44,837 bases of DNA from Octopus bimaculoides (taxonomy: Eukaryota). A program made the position numbers and the translations under genes. Shown here piece by piece: positions 1-11,600 of the stretch. Below the pieces are notes generated by a model. It saw only the letters and a list, made by a program, of their open reading frames with translations, ran no database searches and was not told where the DNA came from. Location of the stretch: positions 6,002,021 through 6,046,857 of the forward strand of contig NC_068981.1 in NCBI RefSeq assembly GCF_001194135.2, given 5' to 3'. Within the stretch, counting starts at the first letter, position 1. Every line of letters begins with the position of its first letter.

Positions 1-619
1 TTTGAAAAAGCTATTCCTAGGGGTGGGAATGAGTTTCGACAAAAATCCCAAACTGATCGGATTTGTTTCTTGGCGATAAAATTTCAGAGAAATTTCCCGC
101 GGTAAAAAGAGGTATTATATATAGTGGCAAAAAAATGAAAATAAAGTGTTCATTTTATTATTTTTTTTTTTTATACAACTGAAAGTATTGGAAATTTCCA
201 AACTGTTTTTTTCCCCACCTACAAAATCAATCTAGAAATGGCATTTACAAAAAATGAGTTCCGAAATAAAAGCCAGATCTCCAACAAATTCTCTTGACAC
301 ACCCACATACATCTGTATGTGGTGCACATACAACACGAATTCGTTGAAAATATCAAAGAAAGTTCATGTTACATACCGTTGGAATTTATGGGCAATAAAC
401 CTAGGAGTTATGTTTTCCGGGATCCTTGTTTTCCATTTGGCAATTTCTCTTGGTGTTCTGAAAGGGAAATCAGTGACCCAACAATATAAAACAATTAATG
501 AACACTTTATTGTAACTTTCACTGCTACACAGAATTCGCGATAAAATAATGAAAAAAATATATGTGATCGATTTAATCATCTTTCTGCAAAGATTTATAT
601 CAGAGAAATTCACACAATC

Positions 620-760
620 CGATTTTTTCCCTCATAACTTTAAAGAAAATGGACATCTTTCAATGAAATTTTGCAGAAACACCTTTCAAATGGCATAGAT
701 TATGATTATAAAGAAATTTGTGAGGAAAATGTTTTCCTGAAAGTTATGAGGGAAAAATCG
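620..760. repeat. About 30-bp inverted repeat (620-650 / 731-760), probably subterminal to the Merlin element
   Basis: CGATTTTTTCCCTCATAACTTTAAAGAAAAT versus the reverse complement of GTTTTCCTGAAAGTTATGAGGGAAAAATCG. Confidence 0.65.
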
Positions 761-875
761 AATTTTGTGAAATTTCGGAAAGTCTCTCCCCGCCCCCGTT
801 CGTTTGCTCCGCATGTTTCCCGCGTGGCAAAACTCCGACAGAAAGTGAAATGACAGTATAAAGTTAATATTCTTA

Positions 876-1826
876 CCTATCTCCGTGGCTTGTAAAGTTC
901 ACCAGCATTCTGTATGAATGCTTGGAACAGATCCTCTCTCTTGTGAGCATACCTCCACACATATTCACACAGATGGTTGGTGAGGTTTGCATGTTGCGTG
1001 TGCGTCTCATTTGGCGTTTAATTTGCCACCACAGACTTTCGATTGCGTTCGTGCGAGCTCCGGTGAGAGGATCCACAGAGTTGTATTTGTGATTTACAGT
1101 GTGATGCTGGAAACCGAAAGCTTCAAAGCTGTTGTATGTTTTCCAGCAATCACTTATTATTGTTGTGCTAGAATAATTGGTTCCAGTGTTGCCCTACCCC
1201 GCTTGTTATTCGGTAACGCAATAAGAAAAGTTTGTCGTGTTTCACAGCATCTGCCTCCAAACACATTGCCCTTCGACAAATCTTCCACGTCGATACTTTG
1301 TTTTACCGAATTTCGACTCATCGATTGCCACTGTAAGTCCTGGGCCGCCAGTGGGTTGGTCCGCATGTTGTTTTGTCTCCACCGACCACTGACGGATTTC
1401 ACGACAGTACGAAAGATAGTCTGCTACGGTTTCTGTGGAAGTTACTAACACGTTCTCTTTGTCCGAGTCACTTTCCGCCGAAGAAATACTCGTTTCATGC
1501 ACCTTTTCCTTAAATGGCAACTTGTGAATAAAGCAGTAAACCAATATCATACTGTTTTGGAGAGACAAATTGCTATGCCCAAACCAAGTTCCCTTCCGAA
1601 GTGGAATTTGGTTTTTCGCCGATTTCTTACACCTTTTCTTGTTGCACTGAAACCTGCTCTCTGAGTGCAATCTTCCGGCCCGCTTCACTTTGTAAACTTT
1701 GCTCAGTATAGTTTTGCAAGATGGGCAACGCATTTGTTTGGCAAGGAACTCAAGTTCCTGGCAATAAGTAATTGAAGAATTTTCATCATATAATTTGTGG
1801 GAAAGTCTGTATAGGTTTACGCACAT
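876..1826 (-). pseudogene. Merlin (IS1595/ISXO2-like) DDE transposase, disrupted by frameshifts
   Basis: Minus-strand frames give an N-terminal zinc ribbon (CPSC...FQCNKKRC), VAIDESKFG (D1), WVFGG-like CVFGG, ISDCWKTY (D2), HTVNH and TNAIESLW (E). Frame changes occur near 1265, 1160 and 990. Confidence 0.85.
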
Positions 1827-1848
1827 GCATAAATACACACACACATAA

Positions 1849-1882
1849 ATGATGATGATGATGATGATGATGACAAACATAC

Positions 1883-1923
<41 letters not shown>
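1849..1923. repeat. Compound microsatellite (ATG)n(ACAT)n(AT)n running into an N gap
   Basis: Read directly from the sequence. Confidence 0.95.
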
Positions 1924-3459
1924 NNNNNNNNNNNNNNNNNNNNNNNNNNNNNNNNNNNNNNNNNNNNNNNNNNNNNNNNNNNNNNNNNNNNNNNNNNNNN
2001 NNNNNNNNNNNNNNNNNNNNNNNNNNNNNNNNNNNNNNNNNNNNNNNNNNNNNNNNNNNNNNNNNNNNNNNNNNNNNNNNNNNNNNNNNNNNNNNNNNNN
2101 NNNNNNNNNNNNNNNNNNNNNNNNNNNNNNNNNNNNNNNNNNNNNNNNNNNNNNNNNNNNNNNNNNNNNNNNNNNNNNNNNNNNNNNNNNNNNNNNNNNN
2201 NNNNNNNNNNNNNNNNNNNNNNNNNNNNNNNNNNNNNNNNNNNNNNNNNNNNNNNNNNNNNNNNNNNNNNNNNNNNNNNNNNNNNNNNNNNNNNNNNNNN
2301 NNNNNNNNNNNNNNNNNNNNNNNNNNNNNNNNNNNNNNNNNNNNNNNNNNNNNNNNNNNNNNNNNNNNNNNNNNNNNNNNNNNNNNNNNNNNNNNNNNNN
2401 NNNNNNNNNNNNNNNNNNNNNNNNNNNNNNNNNNNNNNNNNNNNNNNNNNNNNNNNNNNNNNNNNNNNNNNNNNNNNNNNNNNNNNNNNNNNNNNNNNNN
2501 NNNNNNNNNNNNNNNNNNNNNNNNNNNNNNNNNNNNNNNNNNNNNNNNNNNNNNNNNNNNNNNNNNNNNNNNNNNNNNNNNNNNNNNNNNNNNNNNNNNN
2601 NNNNNNNNNNNNNNNNNNTTTTTTTTCACTATGCACTTAAAACCTGTGAGAGAAACATTTTCAGTTAAAAAAACATTGTTAATAATTTCAGAGGAAAATG
2701 TGTGATTTAAGAGGGATCTGGTTGTTGTTTCTAACAAATCCCAAAACCTCCCTCCTCGTTTCTTTCTCACCCACACATCTACTGATATTTTTCTCCCTAT
2801 AAACAAATTTTATGGAATGTTGATGTCAAAGTAACACACATGTAGTCTCAACAGAGCGAGGCCGTGTTATGTGTGTGTGTAAGAAAAAAAAAACACGTAA
2901 AAATATCTTTAGTGTTCATATTAATCTGTCAAATGTAATGCTTATTTGTTCACGTTATTTTGAATTATTCAGGCTCAAGAGGGGTGTCCACAATATTTGC
3001 CTGTAACTTTGTAAATATTTTACATACATATTTGAAATTTTGTCAGTGGGTGCTTTATATATCACTGGTTTATAGTTATGTAATTTTAGCTGATCTTGCT
3101 GAGTAAATTTGACTTTTATGGGAAGGTAAATTTAATTAACAGGTGTATAAGCAATAACATTATGGATAGACACTAAAATTGAAATTCTTAATTCTTAATG
3201 TGTCTTACCTATTTGATTTGTTACTAAAATTATCTCAGATGGCAACTGACAAAAATTTTGCCACTTTTCAAGATGAGGTATATTAATTTGAATTAATTAA
3301 AACACAGGTATAATCAGTACAAAATTTTATTCTTTCGGTAAATATTTCGTACCTCGGACTTTCCACATATTTTTTCAGGTGCATTCAGCGTATCTGACCC
3401 CCAAAATGTAAATAAATGTTTATGTTAATTTAAAAGTAACATCAGTTCAGTCTTACTCT

Positions 3460-3720
3460 ACTTATCCAAAAGTTGTTGCCAGTCATCATGATCTGGTTGA
3501 GTTTGCTTGGACATTTTTAACCTACACATACCATCCATCTTGGCCCAGCGTTAGTTTGAGGGAGGACTTTGAGAAAGTATGCAGGGTCTCTGCTGAGTTG
3601 ATCTACATACATTGTATTCAGACGTCTTGCTTGAATACGGCCATGCTTTGGCATCCATCGCAGTAGGTCGCTTGACAGCTCTTGTTTAGCTCACCAGTAA
3701 TGTCCCACAAAACACAAAAT
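3460..3720 (-). mobile_element. RTE-clade LINE 3' fragment (decayed)
   Basis: Minus translation GHYW*AKQELSSDLLRWMPKHGR...YVDQLSRD resembles the RTE C-terminal GHCWR..E...LLW.P.HG motif. Confidence 0.7.
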
Positions 3721-4015
3721 GTCTATCCTCTATAAAGATGGAAACAAAAGCTGTTTCTTGGTGCTAGTGAAATGAATAAAATCAATATATCCATAAAATT
3801 AATTGAACTACAAACAATTCTAAAGAGTAGTTGTACCAAGTAAACTTGGGGTAGATGTGATGAGCTCAATATCAGGCAGAATTTAATTAAATGGTAGAGA
3901 TAACAATGAAGTTTTATCATCCTCAAAATAGAAATAATAATGTCTCAAATTTTGCCCCAAGGCCAGCAATTTTGAGGGGGGGATGTATGATCAGATATGT
4001 AATGAAGAAATAAGA

Positions 4016-4265
4016 AATGTTAGCACGCAAAGGCGTCGAGCTTGCAGAATCGTTAGCACGCCGGGCGAAATGCTTAGCGGTATTTCGTCTGCCATTTCGT
4101 TCTGAGTTCAAATTCCATTGAGGTCGACTTTGCCCTTCATCCTTTCGGGGTTGATAAATTAAGTACCAGTTATGCACTGGGGTCGATGTAATTGACTTAA
4201 TCCCTTTGTCTGTGCTTGTTTGTTCCTTCTATGTTTAGCCCCCTGTGGGCAATGAAGAAATAAGA
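4016..4265 (+). mobile_element. tRNA-type SINE, family B (head GGCGAGCTGGCAG, B-box-like GAGTTCAAATTCC)
   Basis: Matches many other copies in the window. A 15-bp direct repeat AATGAAGAAATAAGA at 4001-4015 and 4251-4265 is a possible TSD. Confidence 0.8.
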
Positions 4266-4440
4266 TATGTTCAGGTATGGAGCATGCACCATTGCAGCGC
4301 ATCACTGCACCCACCATTTGTCAGTATTTACTCAGGCCTTCTAGGGAGACCCTCCTAGCAGTGTCTCAGTGAAATCCCATCTCTGCAAGATACATCCTCA
4401 TCTGCCATGACCATATGGTTGACCAACATGAACTGCCTCT

Positions 4441-5084
4441 CCTAAAGATTTGAACAGACAGATAGAGGAAATAGGCATGAAACCTAGTTTAGTGAAGTTC
4501 TTGAAAACGGTAGTATTAGGGACAGCTATGATATGTAGGATGGTTCTTGGCACCTTAGGTTATTCATTGTAGTCCAATGTTAGGATTTTTTTATTTTTCA
4601 ACAGTTTAATCTGAAATAATAAGAAAATGGGGACGGAATGCCATGTAGAGCTGTTGCAAAAAATTTGCATCCTTGGTAGAGCCAGAATCATCAGGAAAAT
4701 ATTTGTTGAAAAGAATGGATAGCATGGTACCATAGGTTGCAGGTAACAAGCACACAGCACATGCAAGACTTCAGGAGTTCCAACAAAACCTGAGTTAGAA
4801 GAATATAATGATACTAATGATAATAAATTGAAAAATATCAGGATATAACCAGAGAGATGAAGAGACTGTAGAAGACAAAAGTGGAAAACGCTTACGTCAC
4901 CATTGTGCACTTGACACAACATCTGAATGCAACCTAAAAGGCTGAAGAATATTTGAATGGCGAACCATTGTTGACTGCAGGAAAATGCAATCCTGTACTC
5001 TGCAAGAATCGTAGAAAGATTCTTGAAATTTGAGGAGACATGTTGTCACCAGACCCCCTGCTAATTAAATTAGTAAGTAATCGC

Positions 5085-5129
<45 letters not shown>

Positions 5130-5439
5130 TATGCTGAATCATAGATATGACAGGTTAACTTGGGAGGTTAAGCAGTTGCGGTCAATGAAAAAGGTAGCAG
5201 TAGTACCAATAATTGTCGGAGCCCTGGGAACAGTGAGCAAAAATCTCAAGAAGTACGTGGAACAAATAGGGGCTGCAATAAGAGTGGAGCACTTGCAGAA
5301 AACAGCACTGCTTGGAACCACTTGAATACTCCGGAAGGTGCTTGAAAAATAGGTTTTACCTTAGTTCACTGGTTGTGAACAGCTGACACCGTAGTACATC
5401 TCCAGCGTTAGAAGCTGTGCAAAGGCAATGACAATAACA

Positions 5440-5478
<39 letters not shown>

Positions 5479-5850
5479 GTGCACTAGGTAAATTACATGT
5501 GCTCTATAATTGATGTTGCATGCCTGTTTGACCCACAAATAGTTAAGAGGGAAGGTGAAAAAATAGCCATATACAATCCTTTTAATTACAAGATAGTTTG
5601 AATGTGGAAAATGAAGATGGTGCCAATTATTGTCAGGTGCTTGGGGGGAAGGTATGAAGAATGTAAAGGAAGTGGGAATAGAATGCTCAGTTGAGCTGTT
5701 GCAAAAGGTTTCTCTCCTTGGCACAGCCAGAATCATTAAGAGAGTATTAGATAGTTGAAGAGAATGAATAACATGATATCATAGGCTGCAGGTAGCAATC
5801 CTGCTAATGGAGTTCCAACATAGCAAGAGTCAAAAGAGTAATATAAATAA
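4441..5850 (+). mobile_element. Cluster of five 3'-end fragments of RLE-type (R4/Dong-like) non-LTR retrotransposons
   Basis: Each fragment encodes the C-terminal L(Q)K..(L)LG.ARI motif: 4441-4560, 4621-4722, 4975-5040, 5131-5352, 5500-5758. (AAT)n tracts lie at about 5088-5129 and 5440-5477. Confidence 0.78.
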
Positions 5851-5852
5851 TG

Positions 5853-6252
5853 GTTTCAAATTTTGGCACAAGGCCATCAAATTCAGTGGAGCGGATCAGG
5901 TGATTACTTTGATACCAATGCACAAATAATACATATTTTATTGCCCCTGAATGTATGAAAGACAAAGTCAACCTTAGCAGGATTTGAACTCAGAGCATAA
6001 AGACAGATGCTGCTCAGCATCTTGCTTGGTGTGCTAACGATTCTGCCAGCTTGTCACTTTTACTGCTATAATACTACTAATAATAATGCTTTCAGATTTT
6101 GCCACAAGGGTAGATGGTACTTAATTTATCAACCCTGGAAGGATGAAAGGCAAAAGTTGACCTCGGTGGAATTTGAATTCAGAACATAGCAACGGGTGAA
6201 ATACCGCTAAACATTTCATCTAGCATGCTAACAATTCTGCCAGCTCCTCACC

Positions 6253-6335
<83 letters not shown>

Positions 6336-6548
6336 CTTTTCTACTCTAAGGTGCAAAGCCTGAAATTTTGGGGAGGGGACTAGTCGGTTACATCAACCCT
6401 CAATATTTCACTGGTACTTAATTTATTGACCCCGAAAGGATGAAAGGCAAAGTCAACCTGGGTGGAATTTGAACTCAGAACAGAGCAAGGAGCGAAATAC
6501 TGCTAAGCATTTCGTCCAGCGTTCTAATGATTCTGCCAGCTCGCCGCC

Positions 6549-6585
<37 letters not shown>

Positions 6586-7027
6586 GAATAATTCTTTCTC
6601 TTATACGTCACCTTAACTTACTACTATTACTACTACTACTACTAATTTTCTCTTATAGGTACATGATCTAATATGTGGAGACAAAGGCAAGCTGATTATA
6701 TAAACCCCAGTGCTTGACTGTACTTAATTTATCGACCTTGAGAGGATGAACAGCAAAGTCGATTTTGGTGGAATCTGAACCCAGAACGTAAAGACGGACG
6801 AAATGCCCTTAAGCATTTTATCCTGCGTACTAACGGTTCTGCCAGTTGGCCGCCATAACATATTAATGGTTTTGGCACAAGGTCAGCCAGTTCGAGGAAG
6901 GTTGTAAGTCGATTATATTGGCACCAGTGTTCAACTGGTACTTGTTTCATCGACCCTGGCGAAATCTGAAATTGGAACGTAAAGACGGATGAAACGTCGC
7001 AAAACATTTGGTCCGGCGTCGCCGCCT
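5853..7027 (-). mobile_element. Head-to-tail stack of five family-B SINEs separated mainly by (AAT)n tracts
   Basis: Repeated minus-strand units GGAATTTGAACTCAG...CTGCCAGCTCGCC at about 5853-6055, 6087-6255, 6335-6550, 6645-6855 and 6866-7027. Confidence 0.82.
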
Positions 7028-7039
7028 TGTTGATGTGGA

Positions 7040-7065
7040 CCAATAATGAAAATAGATTGGCCAAT
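7040..7065. promoter_or_regulatory. Cluster of three CCAAT/ATTGG boxes, candidate UBL4A promoter element
   Basis: CCAAT at 7040, ATTGG at 7056 and CCAAT at 7061, in non-repetitive sequence about 560 bp upstream of the ATG. No expression data. Confidence 0.3.
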
Positions 7066-7622
7066 GTTGAGCAAACAATATCTCTTGGAATAAGTCTTAT
7101 GTTAAACGGAAGGTGATGTCGAAGTTGTAATCTGAAAGATGGGCGTCCAAAGATGATATTGAATAATACAATACGGCAGGTAATTAAAACATCAGAAAGG
7201 ATGAAGAAAATCCCAAGATAATTAAATAACATATAAATTAGAATAAGTTAGACTTGATGAAGGAATTTCAATTATTCCCCTTTGATAAATGACGCTCTCG
7301 AACGTGAAAAAGGTGAAGAGTTATTCCCGAAATCATTTCCGGTTTTAGAAAATTTTAAGAAATTTTGTTTCTTTTTTGATGAAATTTGTGAAACGAAATG
7401 TTTTAATTGGGAACGGCATCAATTAAAACAGCAGGACAATAAGGGTTTCTGTTCCGTGATAGGAACAACCAACTCACCATCTAAACTCTTTGGCTTTACT
7501 TTGATTTGATCAAATCTCGTTCTGTCCACAAAACAAGTCTTTGCCATAAAAATAAATATAAATATATAAATATAATATAATATTATATAAATACATAATA
7601 TAAATATAATAATATATAAACC

Positions 7623-7670
7623 ATGAATATCAATGTTAAAATATTGAAAGGTCGAGAATGTACAGTGAAG
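7623..7670 (+). CDS. UBL4A: UBL4A coding exon 1 (MNINVKILKGRECTVK)
   Basis: aaccATG at 7623; donor AAG|gtaaat at 7671. Resembles the human UBL4A N-terminus MQLTVKALQGRECSLQ. Missed by the ORF track because it is short. Confidence 0.88.
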
Positions 7671-7999
7671 GTAAATATATTTCTTTGTTTTACATCTCTT
7701 TTTCTCTCTCTCTTTATTCATATCTATGTATATATATAAAGTATTTATATGTATTTAATCAAATATTTCCTTTTAACAGTCGTAACTTATATGACATTGT
7801 TGAATTTTAAAATACGGATAAATTTACAACACACATCCACATCCACACATCCTGATAATTCACTTTCATTTATTGTAAATTTTCCTTAAAACTATTTACA
7901 TAATAAAATATTTCTGTTTCACGTCCAAATTATTAATTCTGTAAGAATTTCACCGACTAAAATCTAAGTTTGTTGTTAAAAAACGAAACCCCACAGTAT

Positions 8000-8072
<73 letters not shown>

Positions 8073-8579
8073 TGTTGTGCGCTGTGTGTATACACGATAT
8101 ACACACCCATTAATTATGGTAACAATGTAATTTTTATGATTTTTGAATATCTTTCAACAGATCGAAGCGATTTATTTTTCAACTTGGAATATTATTCATT
8201 CTAAAGACTTCTTTAATATTCTCCATCCTTCCATCCTCAACGAAAGTTTCCATAAAACGAACCGAATGAATCAACAATTTAATATTTACAATAACCAACA
8301 CATTTTCTACAACTCTCTCTCATTTGTAGCGAAATATGGTGTGTTGTTGAACCTAGGTGGATATTTTAAAATTAATTTTAAGAACTGTTACAGCCGTCAC
8401 ACCAGTGTAGTAGTTTGTTTACTAATCCTTTCGTAAATATTAAAATTGGTTGCAGATAACAGGAAACTTATCGATACCAGGTTGTGTTATTACATGTTTT
8501 TATTTACCTCAATACTTACACACACACACACAGAAGTGTAAATCCTTAACCTTCATCTCTCTCCACTCTTCTTTCCGCG

Positions 8580-8626
<47 letters not shown>

Positions 8627-11600
8627 TATACATACAAACACTCACGTGCACACATACACGATCGCACCTCCCTCCCACCTTATGGCTATATCCGTTTATA
8701 TTCGTATTCTTCTGACGTCAACCTCGCTTATTACACCCTGACTGATTTTTTCCATTTTTAAATTTGCAAACTTGCTATTCTCGACACATTCTTCATGAGA
8801 ACGTCATTGAAAACTGATTCATTAGCATCTCTTTGTTTAAACTCCCATCTTCCCTGACACTTGGGTCATGTGGTGTACATCACAGTTATTCACTATTTAG
8901 TAAACATACCTATTTAAAGGGAGACAACTGACATCCCTGTTATTGCTACAGCATGGGCGTGAATCCCTTATATTATTAAGTTGGTCTTTTGTAATTATTA
9001 GTCCCACATTTCATCTTGTCGTCCCTGCTGTGACTTCTTCATCTCCACCTTCAGCCTCACTGGTCCTGTTTGCACTAACCAACCCATCTTATAAACCAAT
9101 ATTTCTCAAGGGTCTCCCTCTGACCCTCGGGGATCCATACAAGATTTTGTTGTTAAAATGTACAGGCAATAAATCGGTTATACTTTTACAATACATAAAA
9201 TATTTCAACAATTTTTATACAACAGGCGTAGGAGTGGCTGTGTGGTAAGTAGCTTGCTTACCAACCACATGGTTCCGGGTTCAGTCCCACTGCGTGGCAC
9301 CTTGGGCAAGTGTCTTCTACTATTGCCTCGGGCCGACCAAAGCCTTGTGAGTGGATTTGGTAGATGGAAACCGAAAGAAGACCGTCGTATATATGTATAT
9401 ATATATATGTGTGTTTGTGTGTCTGTGTTTGTCCCCCCAACATCGCTTGACAACTGATGCTGGTGTGTTTATGTCCCTATAACATAGTGGTTCAGCAAAA
9501 GAGATGATAGAATAAGTACTAGGCTTACAAAGAATAAGTCCTGGGGTCGATTTGCTCGACTAAAGGCGGTGCTCCAGCATGGCCGCAGTCAAATGACTGA
9601 AACAAGTAAAAGAGTAACTCCTACTAATATTTAGTAATACAAACACCAAATGGCTCCGAGAGTCCATAGGTAAAAAAATGGTTCAGAACCACTTTTATAA
9701 ATACTTCCGTGTATCTCTACATGGCCCCTCTTATTTTTTAATTATCAAGGTCTACATTGAATAATGTAGTCCTAGATGCACAATGTATGAGTAAGAGATG
9801 ATTTGATAAATGGCGAAATCAGACTAGACTTAGCTAGACATGTTTAGTACCAGAACAACATCATCATCATCGTCGTCGTCGTTTAACGTCCGCTTTCCAT
9901 GCTGGCATGGGTTGGACAGTTTGACTGAGGGCTGGCAACCCAGGAGGCTGCACCAGGCTCCAATCTGATCTGGCAAAGTTTCTACAGCTGGATGCCCTTC
10001 CTAACACCAACCACTCCGAGAGTGTAGTGGGTGCTTTTTACGTGCCACTGGCATGAGGGCCAGTCAGGCGGTACTAGCATCGACCACACTCGAATGGTGC
10101 TTTTTATATGTCACCAGCATGGGAGTCAGTCAGGCGGCACTGGCAATGATCACGCTCAAATGGTGCTTTTTGCGTACCACTGGCACAAGTGCCAACATTC
10201 CTGGTTGACACATTACCACTGATGAATATTTACTGTTGTAAGATCCTCGCTGTTGGACAGATTTATGTATCAAACCGGATTTTTGCTTTCCAAACATATG
10301 GTCTCAGGTTCAGTCCCACTGTGTAGCACCTTGGGTAAGTGTCTTCTACAATAGCCCTAGGCCAACCAAAACCTTGTGAGTGGATTTGGCAGACTGAAAG
10401 TTGTGTATGTGTGTGCCACTTAATACAATCTTGGAGTGGTTGGCATTAGGAAGTGCATCCAGCCATTGAAACCATGTCAAAACAGAGGATTGGAGCCATG
10501 CCAGCTCCTGTCAAATCATCCAACCCATGACAGCATGGAAAACAGGCGTTAAATGGTGATGATATGTATGTGTGCATGTGATACAACAATGTCTTTATTT
10601 CCAGTATTCAGTGAGAACGTATCTAGTCACGTGGGAAATATCTTGCTTGGAACCTGGTGAGGTTTTGCAACAGGAAAGCTTCTGGTTGTAGAAACCTCAA
10701 TTAGCTCTGTTCAAAACAATGCAATCATGGAGAAGTGAATATTATTAAGCTGAGGATGATATTTGTATGTGTCCCCCCCTCTTGCTTTGAGACCATGTGA
10801 TGATTGTAAATGAGTATCACCACCAAACAAGTGGTGTTCTGCAATCTTACGTGAAAACATGTCCAACTGTGGAGAAACATTATCTTGGAAACAGGTGAAA
10901 GTTGGTGACAGGAAGGGCATCCAGACATAAGCATTCTTCTTCAATAATATCTATCCAACCCATGCAAGCATGGAAAAGTGGATGTTAAAATGTATGTAGT
11001 TGAGTGACATTTTGGTCAGTTAAAACATACAGGGTTTTACATTGGATTTAGATTTGTTTGGTCATTCCACAAGTGTGTCTACAACTCAGTTGGAATCACA
11101 ATAGATTAGTAATTATAAATGATGTTACACTTTTGGCTAGACACCTGTATTGTACCCCTCTATATTTTAAATCTTTCACTAGCACAAAGCCACACCTCCC
11201 CCCTCAGTACTACTCCCCACTCTCAGGTGAGGGGTTCTTGTCTTTCAGGGTATTTTCTTGATCCATGTAAAAAGCACTGATGATGGTGTCACATAATAAG
11301 CACCCAGTACACTCTGTAAAGTGGTTGGTGTTAGGAAGGGTGTCCAACTGTAGAAACCATGCCAAAACAGAAGACTGGAGCCGGGTGCAGCCTTTGGCCT
11401 TACCAGCTCCTGTCAAACTGTCTAACCCATGCCAGCAGGGAAAAATGGATGTTAAAGGATGATGATGATAATGATGATGACATCAACCTCAGCTGTGATC
11501 TTCTCTGCTGTCACATAAGCCAGCCTAACTGGAAAAGAGATACCAGTTTATGACTATATCACAGTGAAAATACTGGTTCTTGTCTGATTTCTATTAACAC

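Noticed and set aside
1-620. Outer TIR of the Merlin element
   Set aside because: No convincing match to the 2620-2900 side could be found by eye, so element boundaries are left undefined.
876-1826. Bacterial IS1595 contamination or horizontal transfer
   Set aside because: Embedded among host microsatellites and repeats and decayed; the eukaryotic Merlin superfamily explains it.
8780-9210. Possible hammerhead or retroelement remnant in UBL4A intron 1
   Set aside because: No complete CUGANGA/GAAA core and no recognisable protein motif in any frame.
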